DNA of 64,000 nt from a virus. Taxonomy: Duplodnaviria; Caudoviricetes. The stretch's first letter is position 1; each line of letters starts with the position of its first letter. Positions 53,971 through 64,000 of the stretch are shown here, piece by piece. The translations under genes were made by a program, and so were the position numbers. The stretch covers positions 1-64,000 of IMG/VR virus record IMGVR_UViG_3300027808_002535. The stretch is one strand, 5' to 3'. Under the pieces are notes generated by a model. It saw nothing but the letters and a program-made list of their open reading frames with translations, was not told the origin of the DNA and did no database searches.

Positions 53971-55150
53971 ATAATTCCGGGCAGACATCCCGTAGACTTT
54001 GATTGCGTTTATTATCTAATAATGATGTAAACTTTTTAAAATCATGCCAATTTGCACTTGTTTTTGTCATAGTAAGATTTTTTTTCATATTATCCAAAAA
54101 GAATTTATTAGCAGTATCGTATTTTTGTTCTACATACTCTATTTGTGCAAGAGCTTTTTGTTTAATACTATCTGGTGCTGTGGCAACATGCAAGTATTGT
54201 GGGTGTGTAAGTAATCTATATTCTATCCACTCGACGGGTCGTTTAATAAGAGGTTCTGCCCAGTCGTAAAACTCTTTTACATTTAGCATATTGTATATTT
54301 GATAGCTGGCATTGGGACTGAATAAAAAGTTCTTGTACTCGTTTCTAAATTTACATAACATGTCTATTTTACCTGTGAGTTCTTCCCAAGTGCATTGTTC
54401 CCCGCCTCTCATATATTCGAATAACTTGCCCGTGCCATCTACACTGATATTAATATTAACTGATTTTGCTTTGCGTAAACGTAATAAATGTTCTTCCCGT
54501 AGCAAACTACCATTGGTTGTTATACTCAGTCTAACATTCTTTAGTATACCCGAATTGTCCAGAACATCAAATACATCCAGTAAATCATTGTTAATAAAAG
54601 GTTCTCCGCCTGTTACAGTTATCATACGAAGATCTGTTAATTGTGGCAATAAGTTGGTGACAAATGTCATTAAGTCATTTCTATTCTTTGTGTAGTCTAC
54701 ATATTCTTCTCGCTGGAATCCATTGTCTCTCAGCAACTTATCGTCATTGATCCAACTGTTGCTGAACATGCTGTTGCACATTCTACATTTAAAATTGCAC
54801 AAATTACTGGTGTTTAAAAACAAATGATATATGTTATTTCCAGTTTTGCTGTTTTCAAAGTCTTTACTGTCCCATATATCACCATTCCACCAACGCTCAT
54901 TATTTTTCCAATTAAGGCGCTGGCTCGCCACGCCCTGTTTCTCTCGCTCGTGACAGGTATTACAGCCTGGTAGATTCCAAACTCCATCCACCATGTCTGT
55001 GCGTAATTGCACAAACTTTCCGTTGTCCCAGACATTTTGGTCTGTCATTAGTCCCATGGGCGTTGAACTCATCATGCATCTACTTATAAAACCAGCAGGA
55101 TGTGTAGCTATACTTACAAATGGAATTAAACAAACTTTATCAGGTATCAT
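53951..55150 (-). CDS. Radical SAM enzyme with N-terminal twitch/SPASM-like domain
   Basis: CLIPF..RC..CNTC; CNFKCRMC; TGGEPF; TTNGS; SVDG..YMR. Confidence 0.9.
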   Translation of the reverse strand: MIPDKVCLIPFVSIATHPAGFISRCMMSSTPMGLMTDQNVWDNGKFVQLRTDMVDGVWNLPGCNTCHEREKQGVASQRLNWKNNERWWNGDIWDSKDFENSKTGNNIYHLFLNTSNLCNFKCRMCNSMFSNSWINDDKLLRDNGFQREEYVDYTKNRNDLMTFVTNLLPQLTDLRMITVTGGEPFINNDLLDVFDVLDNSGILKNVRLSITTNGSLLREEHLLRLRKAKSVNINISVDGTGKLFEYMRGGEQCTWEELTGKIDMLCKFRNEYKNFLFSPNASYQIYNMLNVKEFYDWAEPLIKRPVEWIEYRLLTHPQYLHVATAPDSIKQKALAQIEYVEQKYDTANKFFLDNMKKNLTMTKTSANWHDFKKFTSLLDNKRNQSLRDVCPELYENFTV

Positions 55151-56309
55151 TTAGTTCTGGTACTAGCTTGGATATAGCTTCATCTCTACTTGCATCTAAA
55201 GTTGTTGTGTACTTGACAAAAGCAGGCCATTTATTATTCCAGTCTTCTGCCATCATGTAATCTATTAATGACGTCACCCTTTTAATATGCAAATAAGGTT
55301 GCAGTCGTTGTATTGCCAGCTTTTTTAAATTTTCGGGCAGGATGCGTACATTTAAATAATCAGGGTGATCCAATATGTTTAAGTGTATATCAGTTATAGA
55401 CAAGTCGGTGAGATAATCAAAAAACTTGTCTAATTGTAATACATTGTATACCTGTACTGTACAATGAACTTGAAGATCTATCTTGCCCTGTTTACTCATC
55501 TCAATAAAAGTAGCAAGATTCTTTTCCACTAAAGCCCAGCCTGTGGGATATCTAATATATCTATTGAGATCACCATGAGCATCTATGCTTGCATTGATTT
55601 TAATCTTCTTAAAATGTTGCCAATAATTCACTAGTTTCTTGGGCAAATTAGTACAATTTGTATTGTACTTTAAAGTAATGTTTTTAGCAAGATCTAATTC
55701 AATTAACTTATCAAATAGTTTATATTGACTCAATGCCAAAGTTGGCTCGCCACCTGTTAGATAAATCTCTTCAATGGTATTTGCTAACTTTAACAAGTTG
55801 ACTGCAACTATGTCGTCATTGGGCCAATCCATGCTACTGAGACGTTTGATTTCAGAGTCGGTTAACTGTTGTTCGACTAGATGCCATTCGTCTACCCATT
55901 GATTACTAGCATATGGATTACACATGCGGCATTTTAAATTGCACAAGTTGCCCAAGCGTATATCAATATATTGTACTGTAAGTTCAGGAGTTGCAGTAGG
56001 TTCATAGTCAAACATATACTTTTCATTCCAGGCTAATCTTGAACTACGTACACCGCTGTCTTCCTCTCTAAAGCAACGTTCGCACATTGCAGGCCTTTGA
56101 TCTGTTAGTAGTTCACTGCGAATTTTCTTCATAGTGTCACTGTGCCAGAAATCTTGCATGTCAGGATCTGTGATCTTATACGCTTTGTTTGTTCCATTGC
56201 GTAAAATAAAGTTTTTTCCAGGCGTGCTATTACAGCATACTCTTAGGTTGCCGCTGGCGTTGGTTGCTAAATGCATCCATGGTAGGATACAGAATGTTTT
56301 ACTTTGCAT
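55140..56309 (-). CDS. Radical SAM enzyme with N-terminal twitch domain
   Basis: CILPW..VCC..CERC; CNLKCRMC; TGGEP; YIRYP. Confidence 0.92.
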   Translation of the reverse strand: MQSKTFCILPWMHLATNASGNLRVCCNSTPGKNFILRNGTNKAYKITDPDMQDFWHSDTMKKIRSELLTDQRPAMCERCFREEDSGVRSSRLAWNEKYMFDYEPTATPELTVQYIDIRLGNLCNLKCRMCNPYASNQWVDEWHLVEQQLTDSEIKRLSSMDWPNDDIVAVNLLKLANTIEEIYLTGGEPTLALSQYKLFDKLIELDLAKNITLKYNTNCTNLPKKLVNYWQHFKKIKINASIDAHGDLNRYIRYPTGWALVEKNLATFIEMSKQGKIDLQVHCTVQVYNVLQLDKFFDYLTDLSITDIHLNILDHPDYLNVRILPENLKKLAIQRLQPYLHIKRVTSLIDYMMAEDWNNKWPAFVKYTTTLDASRDEAISKLVPELNDT

Positions 56310-57039
56310 TTAATTCTTCTAATAATAAATCGTAACTTCTACACATGACTTCTGCATGTTTCGATCCTGGTGCGCCGTGTATAATCATATGAATTCTAGG
56401 TTCTGATCCCAGGTGTCTAACACTGTGACGTCTACCTATGTCTATTGCTCTTGCATCGCCTGGTAACCACGGTATCAGTCCAGCATCCTCCATGACAAAT
56501 TCAACTCCGTCTGGATTATTAATGGCAATATTGTATGCTGCCATTTTACGAACTTCATAGTCAGCATGTGGTTTAATATAGCCACCCGGCAATAAAAGCA
56601 TAAACCTAACACGATCAAAATGGTTGAAATTCCATGTATTTTTTAACCAATCAACAGTTACAGGACAAACGTCTGCAATATCAGTCCACGTATACACTGG
56701 TTGTTCTGTGAAGTTATATGCTTTACTGCGCCAGTCATCGGTGGTATATTTGTCATAGCCGTGAATTACAAGACTATGCCAACCAGGATGCTCGTTGCCT
56801 CTGTGTTTTACAAACTCATCCATTAAAGATAAAGCTTCGGCTTCTATTTCTTTTTGTGGCAACGGCAAGTCCAACTTAAGACTAGGGCAGTTGCTTTCTT
56901 TTTCTATCCAGCCAAAGTAATCTTTCATTAACTGCCTATCTGATATCCAATTAGAAAACTTTTTAGGGCGTGTATTTAATGAACTATAGTGTGAAAAGTA
57001 TTTCCACTCGTCGAAAAATTCTGTTACTTCGTTATCCAT
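56299..57039 (-). CDS. Aspartyl/asparaginyl beta-hydroxylase-like 2OG-Fe(II) oxygenase
   Basis: RVRFMLLLPGGYIKPHAD..HSVRH...PRIHMI. Confidence 0.8.
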   Translation of the reverse strand: MDNEVTEFFDEWKYFSHYSSLNTRPKKFSNWISDRQLMKDYFGWIEKESNCPSLKLDLPLPQKEIEAEALSLMDEFVKHRGNEHPGWHSLVIHGYDKYTTDDWRSKAYNFTEQPVYTWTDIADVCPVTVDWLKNTWNFNHFDRVRFMLLLPGGYIKPHADYEVRKMAAYNIAINNPDGVEFVMEDAGLIPWLPGDARAIDIGRRHSVRHLGSEPRIHMIIHGAPGSKHAEVMCRSYDLLLEELNAK

Positions 57040-58424
57040 GGTAATATCTCCAGTGTTTTAACTCGGTGTAAGAATTGATCTGGATCGTCAAGTATTTGTC
57101 TAGGAGTTTCATTCCTCCAACTTGACTTGATTCCTGGCCTGTTTTGATACAATTGAAACGTATCCATGCCAGCATCAGAAAATTTAACAACAATATCTTG
57201 TTCTAGTCTATACCTGGATACTGCACTGAACAACCATGCAGTGTTCTGATAGTGCAATATATTTGTTAAATGTACATATGTTTTTTCACCGACATGTTTA
57301 CTTACAAGTACATTCTTTACTTGATTAACATTAAATAAATTACACGGCTCAAATATTACATTTAAATTTGGCCATACATTTTTAATGAAATCTTCTAAGC
57401 CCTGTGGCATCATTTCATTTATAATTTCCTGCATTCTATCTAAATTGCGATCAGCTTTCATCATAGGTACCAGGTCTAATTCTGTAAACAAGCTGTACAA
57501 AGTTGTTTTAAAATTTGAATAGTTGCAGTTGATTTCTCGAAGTCGTCGTTGTATTGCCAATGAAACTGGACTAAAATCAAAAACTGTGACTTTGCCGCCG
57601 GGTTTTAATCCAGCTGTGTATGCCATGAGCAACGGAGTTATACCTCCTGCGGTACATATTACTCCCTGCATGTCTGTGTCTAATAATTTTTCCGGAGGCG
57701 ACTCTGTATTTGCCGCAAAGTGACCATAGCCTTGTAAACTTTCTAACACGTCTGAAATTTTGGAATGAAAGTCTTTGGCAACTTCTGGATATATATAATA
57801 CTTACTTTCTCTCATAGACTCATTGAAACTAACTACAGAGCTGCCAGACTTTAATGCAGTGTCGATTATGTTCCAGCCAAATCGTTTTCCTGCGTAATTT
57901 TCAATGGCATTGCCCTGAGCGATCCAATGTGGCGTATATCCATCATGCCAATTTTCTTCACTGCGTATTGGTTTAACCGTGGACCATGGGATGCTAAATT
58001 CTTCTTTGCCTATCAATGGTTGACCATTTGACCGCCACCAATCCATGTTAATAATAAAACATTGATGGTGCAATTCGTAGAACTTATCGCCTTTGTCTAA
58101 TATATGTCCTGCAACTGCAAAGTTGGGATTATTTTCTAGAAACTTTGGAAGTACGTGATAAAAATTATCATTCTTGCTGAGATTAGTGCCCATGGCTACA
58201 ATCATCAAATATTTTAATCCGGCAACATCTGCCCATTTTAAAATAGCATCCGGATCTTTATTGCACGTTGTTGGAAGATAATAGTTTTCATTTTCCTGAA
58301 CCCAGTATTCCGTTATGTTTTTAGACAGCGCAAGCGCAGTAGAGTCCTTGATATAATCAGTTATGTCCAGCCATGCCATACCGAAGCCGATTTTATTTAA
58401 GTGATAATAATCGTAGTATGCCAT
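57024..58424 (-). CDS. Hypothetical protein in the radical SAM operon
   Basis: 466 aa ORF; GHILD..YELHHQC, HDGYTP motifs; function not recognised. Confidence 0.7.
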   Translation of the reverse strand: MAYYDYYHLNKIGFGMAWLDITDYIKDSTALALSKNITEYWVQENENYYLPTTCNKDPDAILKWADVAGLKYLMIVAMGTNLSKNDNFYHVLPKFLENNPNFAVAGHILDKGDKFYELHHQCFIINMDWWRSNGQPLIGKEEFSIPWSTVKPIRSEENWHDGYTPHWIAQGNAIENYAGKRFGWNIIDTALKSGSSVVSFNESMRESKYYIYPEVAKDFHSKISDVLESLQGYGHFAANTESPPEKLLDTDMQGVICTAGGITPLLMAYTAGLKPGGKVTVFDFSPVSLAIQRRLREINCNYSNFKTTLYSLFTELDLVPMMKADRNLDRMQEIINEMMPQGLEDFIKNVWPNLNVIFEPCNLFNVNQVKNVLVSKHVGEKTYVHLTNILHYQNTAWLFSAVSRYRLEQDIVVKFSDAGMDTFQLYQNRPGIKSSWRNETPRQILDDPDQFLHRVKTLEILPWITK

Positions 58425-58427
58425 TAA

Positions 58428-59735
58428 TTATTTTCCTGTAAATGTTTCTTTTCTTTTTACATCTAATATTTCATTGAATTTTTGAAACTTTTCAAAACTT
58501 ACGTCATATTTATTTGTATCTATACACTCGTCTATCCAGCTTATTGCGTCAGCTATATGTCTCTTATTATTGATTTCTCTAATAGAATTTTCTTGCATTG
58601 ATTTAAACTTTACAATCAACTTTGACTTTGCCGCTGTCAGTCTTTCTATTGGCAGAACATTTGCATGTAAAAAAGTAGGCCATTGTAAACGGCTTGTGTG
58701 CCACATTATGTCAAAGTCAGTGTCTATTGCTTCAAATGTTTCAACTAAGTACTCTACATTAAGTGCAGATATACAAGTACTTGCCTTTATGTAATCTAAC
58801 TTATCACCCAAACTTTCTTTGGACTGTTGTATATTTTCTTTTATGTCGTTCCATACAGAACCGTGTCTAATATAAGCATTAAGTTCATCGTAGCCATCTA
58901 TACTGATTGTTAAACGCACTGACTTGAATTTTTTCCAAAGATTCAATACATTACGTCCTTTCTTTGCTTCAAGATCTGTTAAGTTTGTACTGTATTTTAA
59001 AATAACATCGCTGGGATCCTTGATACGATCCAGCATATTGTAATGCAACGGATCCATTAACGGCTCGCCGCCAGCAAATTCAAATTCTTTGATATCATCA
59101 ATAATCTCATATAAGTCCTGCACAAATGTATTGTGTGTCTCAAATAAATTTAACACAGGTTTTTTACGCAAGTCATTGCTGTCGATGATATTATTAATAT
59201 ATTCCTGTTCTCCAGGTTCATAAATTTCTTTAACAGCATCCCAGTCTTGTAGCCACGGTGTACTGTCCTTGGGCCAACACATACGGCATTTCAAATTACA
59301 AAGATTGCTTAATTTAAACTCGACAATCGGAATATTCCATGGTGATTCTTTTGTGCGTTTATATGTTGCAACTAAATGTGCATACTCTTGTGTTCGCTCG
59401 TAATTTTGACTTTGTCTTAAACTGGTAATACCTTTGTCTTCCATTGACCAACAAGCATTGCAATGAGGATCTCTAATACCTGATATCAGATTATTTCTGA
59501 CTATTTTATATTTTTTATGATTCCAAAGATCTCGGAATGCTATATTTTTAATATCCCAGATTTTAGTACTTCGACAGCACAGTCTAAATTCTCCATTGGT
59601 TGTGGTACTTGTGTGTATAAACGGCATTATACAAAATGTCTTATCATTTACATCAAAACCATGCTGTTCCTTAAATAACTCGCTGGGTCTATAATCTAAC
59701 AGGAATTGTTTTCCTTTTCCCTTAGCTTCACTCAT
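58428..59735 (-). CDS. Radical SAM enzyme with N-terminal twitch domain
   Basis: FCIMPF..LCC..CNAC; CNLKCRMC; AGGEP; SIDG..YIR. Confidence 0.92.
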   Translation of the reverse strand: MSEAKGKGKQFLLDYRPSELFKEQHGFDVNDKTFCIMPFIHTSTTTNGEFRLCCRSTKIWDIKNIAFRDLWNHKKYKIVRNNLISGIRDPHCNACWSMEDKGITSLRQSQNYERTQEYAHLVATYKRTKESPWNIPIVEFKLSNLCNLKCRMCWPKDSTPWLQDWDAVKEIYEPGEQEYINNIIDSNDLRKKPVLNLFETHNTFVQDLYEIIDDIKEFEFAGGEPLMDPLHYNMLDRIKDPSDVILKYSTNLTDLEAKKGRNVLNLWKKFKSVRLTISIDGYDELNAYIRHGSVWNDIKENIQQSKESLGDKLDYIKASTCISALNVEYLVETFEAIDTDFDIMWHTSRLQWPTFLHANVLPIERLTAAKSKLIVKFKSMQENSIREINNKRHIADAISWIDECIDTNKYDVSFEKFQKFNEILDVKRKETFTGK

Positions 59736-60066
59736 TGCTGATCCTTAATTTCTTAATATTATTTAATTCTGCTTTACTCAGCTGTATGTCGGCGGCGCAG
59801 GTACAATTTTCTTTGGTACAAATAATGGGCTCAGTGGGCACCGAGAAGCCGGTGTGTATATCTCCTAGCTTGCCGCCCACCTTACATATGGCTCTCCAAA
59901 CATTGCCGTCATTGTCTATGGTCAAATTTTGAACGCCGGCCCAGCACATCCAACCTTTGAAATTGTTTGTTTCGTTGGCCAGTAAATCATTGACGTTGCT
60001 TTCTTCGCTGGTGCCGTCTTCATAATGAACTACTATGTTTGCCCAATTAGTTACTTTACTTGTCAT
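59728..60066 (-). CDS. Stand-alone SPASM-like domain
   Basis: FKGWMCWAG..DG.VWRAIC..IICTKENCTCAAD. Confidence 0.8.
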   Translation of the reverse strand: MTSKVTNWANIVVHYEDGTSEESNVNDLLANETNNFKGWMCWAGVQNLTIDNDGNVWRAICKVGGKLGDIHTGFSVPTEPIICTKENCTCAADIQLSKAELNNIKKLRISNE

Positions 60067-60764
60067 TTTTTCTTATTCAACATAAAATCAAGTTCTTCTT
60101 GAGTATAGTAGTCGTCTTTACATTTACCATGCGATGTTTTTAATCCACTTAATCCCGGAACTGCCCAGGTTTTGGTCTCAGGATCCAGCCTTGGTCTAAT
60201 TCTTCTAATTACCCAATGCACATCATTTTCATTCATAATGTCGATTATCTCATTTGCTTCCGCCATTTTACCTGGAAGATACATCAAGTGGGTGTGCAGG
60301 TTTTGATTGTCACGCTCTTTAACAAGTTTATTTAACTCTACGATAGTGTTAATTATCTTGTCGTGATATGCAAATTCAAAATGATAACTAAAAATATAAT
60401 AAGTAATATACGGTAAACTATCAATATATTTTTGAAGTGGAACACTGCCGTTAGTAGTGACACTAATTTTATTAATACCATTGTTCTTTATTATTTTAAG
60501 AATGTCGATAATTTTTGGATGCACAAATGGTTCGCCACCAGTTAAACTGATACGGCATTCTTTGCCCTGTATTCGAGCAACATCTGCTATCTGCTTGACT
60601 GTTTTTTCAATGACATCTAAACTTAGATGCTGACTTTCTCTGTCATGTATGTCGCTACCACAGTAGCTACAATCATAGTTACAACGTTTACCTAGATTCC
60701 ATTCAATGCGTAGCCATTTATCTTTAGGCGCATGATTGTCTTCTACCGCAACCAGTTTATTCAT
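60063..60764 (-). CDS. Radical SAM core domain (its SPASM domain is in the next ORF)
   Basis: CNYDCSYC, TGGEP, TTNGS, SYH. Confidence 0.88.
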   Translation of the reverse strand: MNKLVAVEDNHAPKDKWLRIEWNLGKRCNYDCSYCGSDIHDRESQHLSLDVIEKTVKQIADVARIQGKECRISLTGGEPFVHPKIIDILKIIKNNGINKISVTTNGSVPLQKYIDSLPYITYYIFSYHFEFAYHDKIINTIVELNKLVKERDNQNLHTHLMYLPGKMAEANEIIDIMNENDVHWVIRRIRPRLDPETKTWAVPGLSGLKTSHGKCKDDYYTQEELDFMLNKKK

Positions 60765-63309
60765 TCCAATAATCCGTTAATTCGGGTATAACATTCAATA
60801 CGTTTTCCTTTCGAATTTTATCCAACTCTACAGTGAATTGTTTGAATGTATTCCACTGTGTTTCGTGAATTCTATTAGATTCCAAACTACGAACTAATAC
60901 CTCAAAGTCGGGTATTCCATACAATTGATCTGCCATCTTTTTTCTTAGTTCAGTAGGTAGTACCAATGGACTCAGATACATCGGACTATTACATATAGTT
61001 TCGAATGCATTTGATGCACTAACTTTTTCAAATTTTTCTTCCCAACTTTTTAATTTTTTATGCAACAATTTTAGATTTAATAAATTATAGGCTTGCATAG
61101 TAACATTAAATCCAATCTCAACGTTGGGTAATTTATTATACATGCTTATTACATTTTCTAGTTCGTCAATAGTAAACTTACCGCCACGTATATAACTATA
61201 CAGTTCACCCGTTCCTTCCACACTGAACATTAAACGTACATTTTTAAATTTTTCAAGCATAGATAAAATCTTCGGATTAACGATCGTGCCATTAGTTGTG
61301 TACTGTAAAGTGATAAATTCATTTTTCCCATATTTGATGAGTTCTTCCAAGTAGGGCACATGATTTTTTGCCATCATAGGTTCCCCTCCCTTAAAGTCTA
61401 TACGCTGTATATGTTTCATATGTCTTATAGGTTCTAATAGACTACTTAATTCTTGTTGAACTATTACTTGTTTTTCTGGATTATTTTCCTTTTCAAATTT
61501 AGGATTAATTTTTGCCAACATCAAGTCTTCCTCAAACCATTGATTACTGGCCCATGAGCCACACATGCGACATTTTAAATTACATACGTTACTAAGATTG
61601 ACATCCATCTGAGTCCAAAATAATTTCTCTTTGGTCAAAGGACGGTTATAATCATAGTCACTGGGTATTCCATTTGTAAACTTTTTGTTAAACCATTGTC
61701 TTCTACTGTTTCCTATTAAATCCTCACGTTCCCAACAACTGCTACATTCTTCTGGTCTTTCTCCTTTGAGGAACTGATTTCTTATTTTTATAATTTTTTC
61801 ATTATTAATAAAACTATCTACAATATTATCCTTACTGGCTGTTCCCAGAGACCCTTTAAACTGACAGCAAGGTTTAATATTATCATTGGCACTTATTGCA
61901 AGGCCGTGCCATGGCATTTTACAGAAGCTTTCATACTTTTCGCGTCGATATTCATTAAAATAAATTTCATAGTTACTGTAAATTTCTGGATCTAATTGTT
62001 CGAGACTTTCACCGCGTATTTCATCTAGCTCGTATGTATATTTGACAAATTCTTTAGGACCTTGCTTTGCAAGTCCCTTAACTTCAATTGGATTGTCTAT
62101 TAAATCTTCCAGTAATTTTTTTATGTCATTGATATATCTTGCTTCTGTTATAGCACTTTTGCCATTTTGGTCGCCGCGAAAAAAATCATATTTGTCAATA
62201 AGATAATTTATTTGATCAAGACTCTTTTGCAGTATTTTTCCATTTAACCATTGTACGTGCAAAGTTTTGGGCCCTACTAATATTCTGTGCTCCAGGCTAT
62301 GACGATGTTTGCTACTTGTTACCGGCGTTTCTTTATCCCAGCCATAAAATTTAATTATCCATTCGATAAATTCTGCAACGTTTAATGCATTAATGGCTTG
62401 GAAGGTCCCGTTAATGTTCATTTTATAAACGCCTGGCCTCGGTTTGTCACACCAATTTCTAATTAATTCTGCCTTCTCTATAATGCCATCCCAATCTATG
62501 GCACCTGCACTTCTAATATAGCTGAAATATCCTCTAGTACCATCTAAACTAAGATTGATGTTGACATATTTAAAACCTTCTAATGCTTCTAGATGCTTTT
62601 CTGTGATAACGCTACCATTAGTAGTAATCATTAATTCAATTTGTTTGTCCAAACCAGCATCACGCAACATGCCCAGGAATTCCATGAATTGCGGCACCAG
62701 GAATGGTTCACCACCTAATATCTCCACCCGACGTAAATCCTTGCCATTATCCACTAATTCTCGCAACTGCTCTGTAGACAATGTATGTTTTGTTCTATCA
62801 AACATAGAACTTGTTCTAGCATAAGGACTGCCTGCGCCGCCTGATGCAAAGCCACGTTTTTTAAGTTTTTCCTCGTCACCTATCCATGCGTTGCTATATG
62901 CACTGCTACACATTCTACATTTAAAATTACACAAGTTATTAAAAGCAATATCCAAGTGTACAAGTTTATTGCCCGTTAGATTATTATCCCAATCAATATC
63001 TTCCCACCGATCGTCAATTACATCAAGATTCTGCCAGTGAGTACGTTTGCTGGTTACATTTTTATCTTCCTTGCTTTGACAATTTTGGCAACCCAGTGTC
63101 CATTCTCCGTTGCGTTGGGCTTTTCTTAGATCTTGAAATGATTCGTTGTCCCATTGTTTAATAATAGAACCACTGTTAACATCACCCATTTCTGTTTCGC
63201 TCATATGGCAGCGAACCATTTTTCCAGTAGCATGTATTGCAATACTACTAACAGGTAGCATACATATTGTAGGACTCAGTAGTTTATTTTTATCGCCTTG
63301 TTCACTCAT
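60757..63309 (-). CDS. Tandem double twitch-radical SAM protein
   Basis: Two complete units: CQNC/CNFKCRMC/GGEP and PCC..CSSC/CNLKCRMC/GGEP. Confidence 0.92.
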   Translation of the reverse strand: MSEQGDKNKLLSPTICMLPVSSIAIHATGKMVRCHMSETEMGDVNSGSIIKQWDNESFQDLRKAQRNGEWTLGCQNCQSKEDKNVTSKRTHWQNLDVIDDRWEDIDWDNNLTGNKLVHLDIAFNNLCNFKCRMCSSAYSNAWIGDEEKLKKRGFASGGAGSPYARTSSMFDRTKHTLSTEQLRELVDNGKDLRRVEILGGEPFLVPQFMEFLGMLRDAGLDKQIELMITTNGSVITEKHLEALEGFKYVNINLSLDGTRGYFSYIRSAGAIDWDGIIEKAELIRNWCDKPRPGVYKMNINGTFQAINALNVAEFIEWIIKFYGWDKETPVTSSKHRHSLEHRILVGPKTLHVQWLNGKILQKSLDQINYLIDKYDFFRGDQNGKSAITEARYINDIKKLLEDLIDNPIEVKGLAKQGPKEFVKYTYELDEIRGESLEQLDPEIYSNYEIYFNEYRREKYESFCKMPWHGLAISANDNIKPCCQFKGSLGTASKDNIVDSFINNEKIIKIRNQFLKGERPEECSSCWEREDLIGNSRRQWFNKKFTNGIPSDYDYNRPLTKEKLFWTQMDVNLSNVCNLKCRMCGSWASNQWFEEDLMLAKINPKFEKENNPEKQVIVQQELSSLLEPIRHMKHIQRIDFKGGEPMMAKNHVPYLEELIKYGKNEFITLQYTTNGTIVNPKILSMLEKFKNVRLMFSVEGTGELYSYIRGGKFTIDELENVISMYNKLPNVEIGFNVTMQAYNLLNLKLLHKKLKSWEEKFEKVSASNAFETICNSPMYLSPLVLPTELRKKMADQLYGIPDFEVLVRSLESNRIHETQWNTFKQFTVELDKIRKENVLNVIPELTDYWNE

Positions 63310-64000
63310 AATTTAATAGCCTCGCCATTTCTGGGAATGTTTTAATAAAATCTTCATTTCTGGATTTATCTATAAAGAATATTTCTTTTTTTCTTCTAGA
63401 ATCTATATCGTTTGACCATGCATCTATACTGTTCATATAATCTAGTATTTCATCTATAGTATTGTGATACTTTTCGTCAACGGTTGCTTTGGTATTTTCT
63501 AAATATGTTGTTAGTTCTGTCTTTATTTTTGCATTCAACGTTCTTACATTATTTGGACTATCCATTGTTGTTACATAATGCGGAGTAAAAGATTTTATAA
63601 AAGGCATACGTTCTAACTCTTGTAAAAAATTACCCAATGTTGCTATATTAAAAATATTAACCGTTGTATCAATAGTAGAATAGTAGTTGGATTTGCTGAA
63701 AAAATACTCCAGGTTATTTTTTACTTCTTGCCATACTGCACCACTGCGCTGATAATCAAATTTATCGCCAACGTCATCTATGCTTAAACTCCAATGCACT
63801 GCTTTGAATTTATCAAGTATTTTTTCTTGTTCGGCAGTTGGGATAACAGTTCCGTTTGTATTATACCACAGCCATATCTTACTTGCATCATAACGATTTA
63901 TGATTGCTTTCAACATTTCGTAATGTTCTTCGATCATCAAGGGTTCACCACCCATGATATGTATTACTCTGACGTTTTCGAACATATCGATGTTCTGCCA
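63302..64000 (-). CDS. Radical SAM enzyme (C-terminal part; 5' end outside the window)
   Basis: MGGEPL, YNTNGT, LSIDD..YQR.G..W, as in the neighbouring paralogues. Confidence 0.85.
   Translation of the reverse strand, partial: WQNIDMFENVRVIHIMGGEPLMIEEHYEMLKAIINRYDASKIWLWYNTNGTVIPTAEQEKILDKFKAVHWSLSIDDVGDKFDYQRSGAVWQEVKNNLEYFFSKSNYYSTIDTTVNIFNIATLGNFLQELERMPFIKSFTPHYVTTMDSPNNVRTLNAKIKTELTTYLENTKATVDEKYHNTIDEILDYMNSIDAWSNDIDSRRKKEIFFIDKSRNEDFIKTFPEMARLLNYE

Noticed and set aside
2105-62824. Numerous 60-150 aa antisense or out-of-frame ORFs in the supplied track
   Set aside because: They lie within well-supported genes and lack SD sites and recognisable motifs.
1-64000. Alternative genetic code (stop-codon reassignment, as in some large phages)
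   Set aside because: Long genes are intact under code 11, and TAA, TGA and TAG all terminate genes at sensible positions.
1-64000. tRNA or rRNA genes
   Set aside because: No cloverleaf with a T-loop GTTCRA in intergenic space, and gaps are mostly too short; not confirmed with tRNAscan.

Overview
This 64 kb window is gene-dense, AT-rich, uses genetic code 11, and looks like a segment of a large T4-like/jumbo dsDNA phage. A betaproteobacterial host is plausible because two Bug/TctC-type proteins are present. 1-16.5 kb is a late region: the end of a repeat-rich fibre-like gene, then about ten putative internal-head proteins, a Dps and a truncated lysozyme. The head proteins share an N-terminal M-[KR]-x-x-E-L..E leader and carry nucleotidyltransferase, kinase, GNAT, ligase-like, HxGH transferase, amidoligase, papain-like, ParB-like and nuclease-like domains. 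Several are mosaics joined by a linker (QGVAE/QGMAE) conserved at DNA level (CAAGGYRTGGCRGAA). 16.6-20.6 kb holds a family B DNA polymerase and a sliding-clamp-like gene with a structured intergenic element between them. 21-33 kb is a 7-deazaguanine pathway (QueD-like, TGT/DpdA-like, FolE, QueE; no clear QueC) interleaved with sugar oxidoreductases, a glycosyltransferase, an NDP-sugar dehydrogenase, two desaturases and a PP-loop enzyme. 34-36 kb holds RNase H and conserved hypotheticals. 36.3-41 kb is an inverted module with two Bug-type binding proteins and two PP-loop paralogues. 42.4-47.8 kb is an array of small genes each behind a near-identical sigma70 promoter, ending in MoxR plus vWA/metallopeptidase. 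49-64 kb holds ThyX and an array of at least ten radical SAM domains with SPASM/twitch modules, a 2OG-Fe(II) hydroxylase and an SDR-like gene. No tRNA, rRNA or CRISPR array was seen. All functional calls come from motif recognition by eye; no database search was run.
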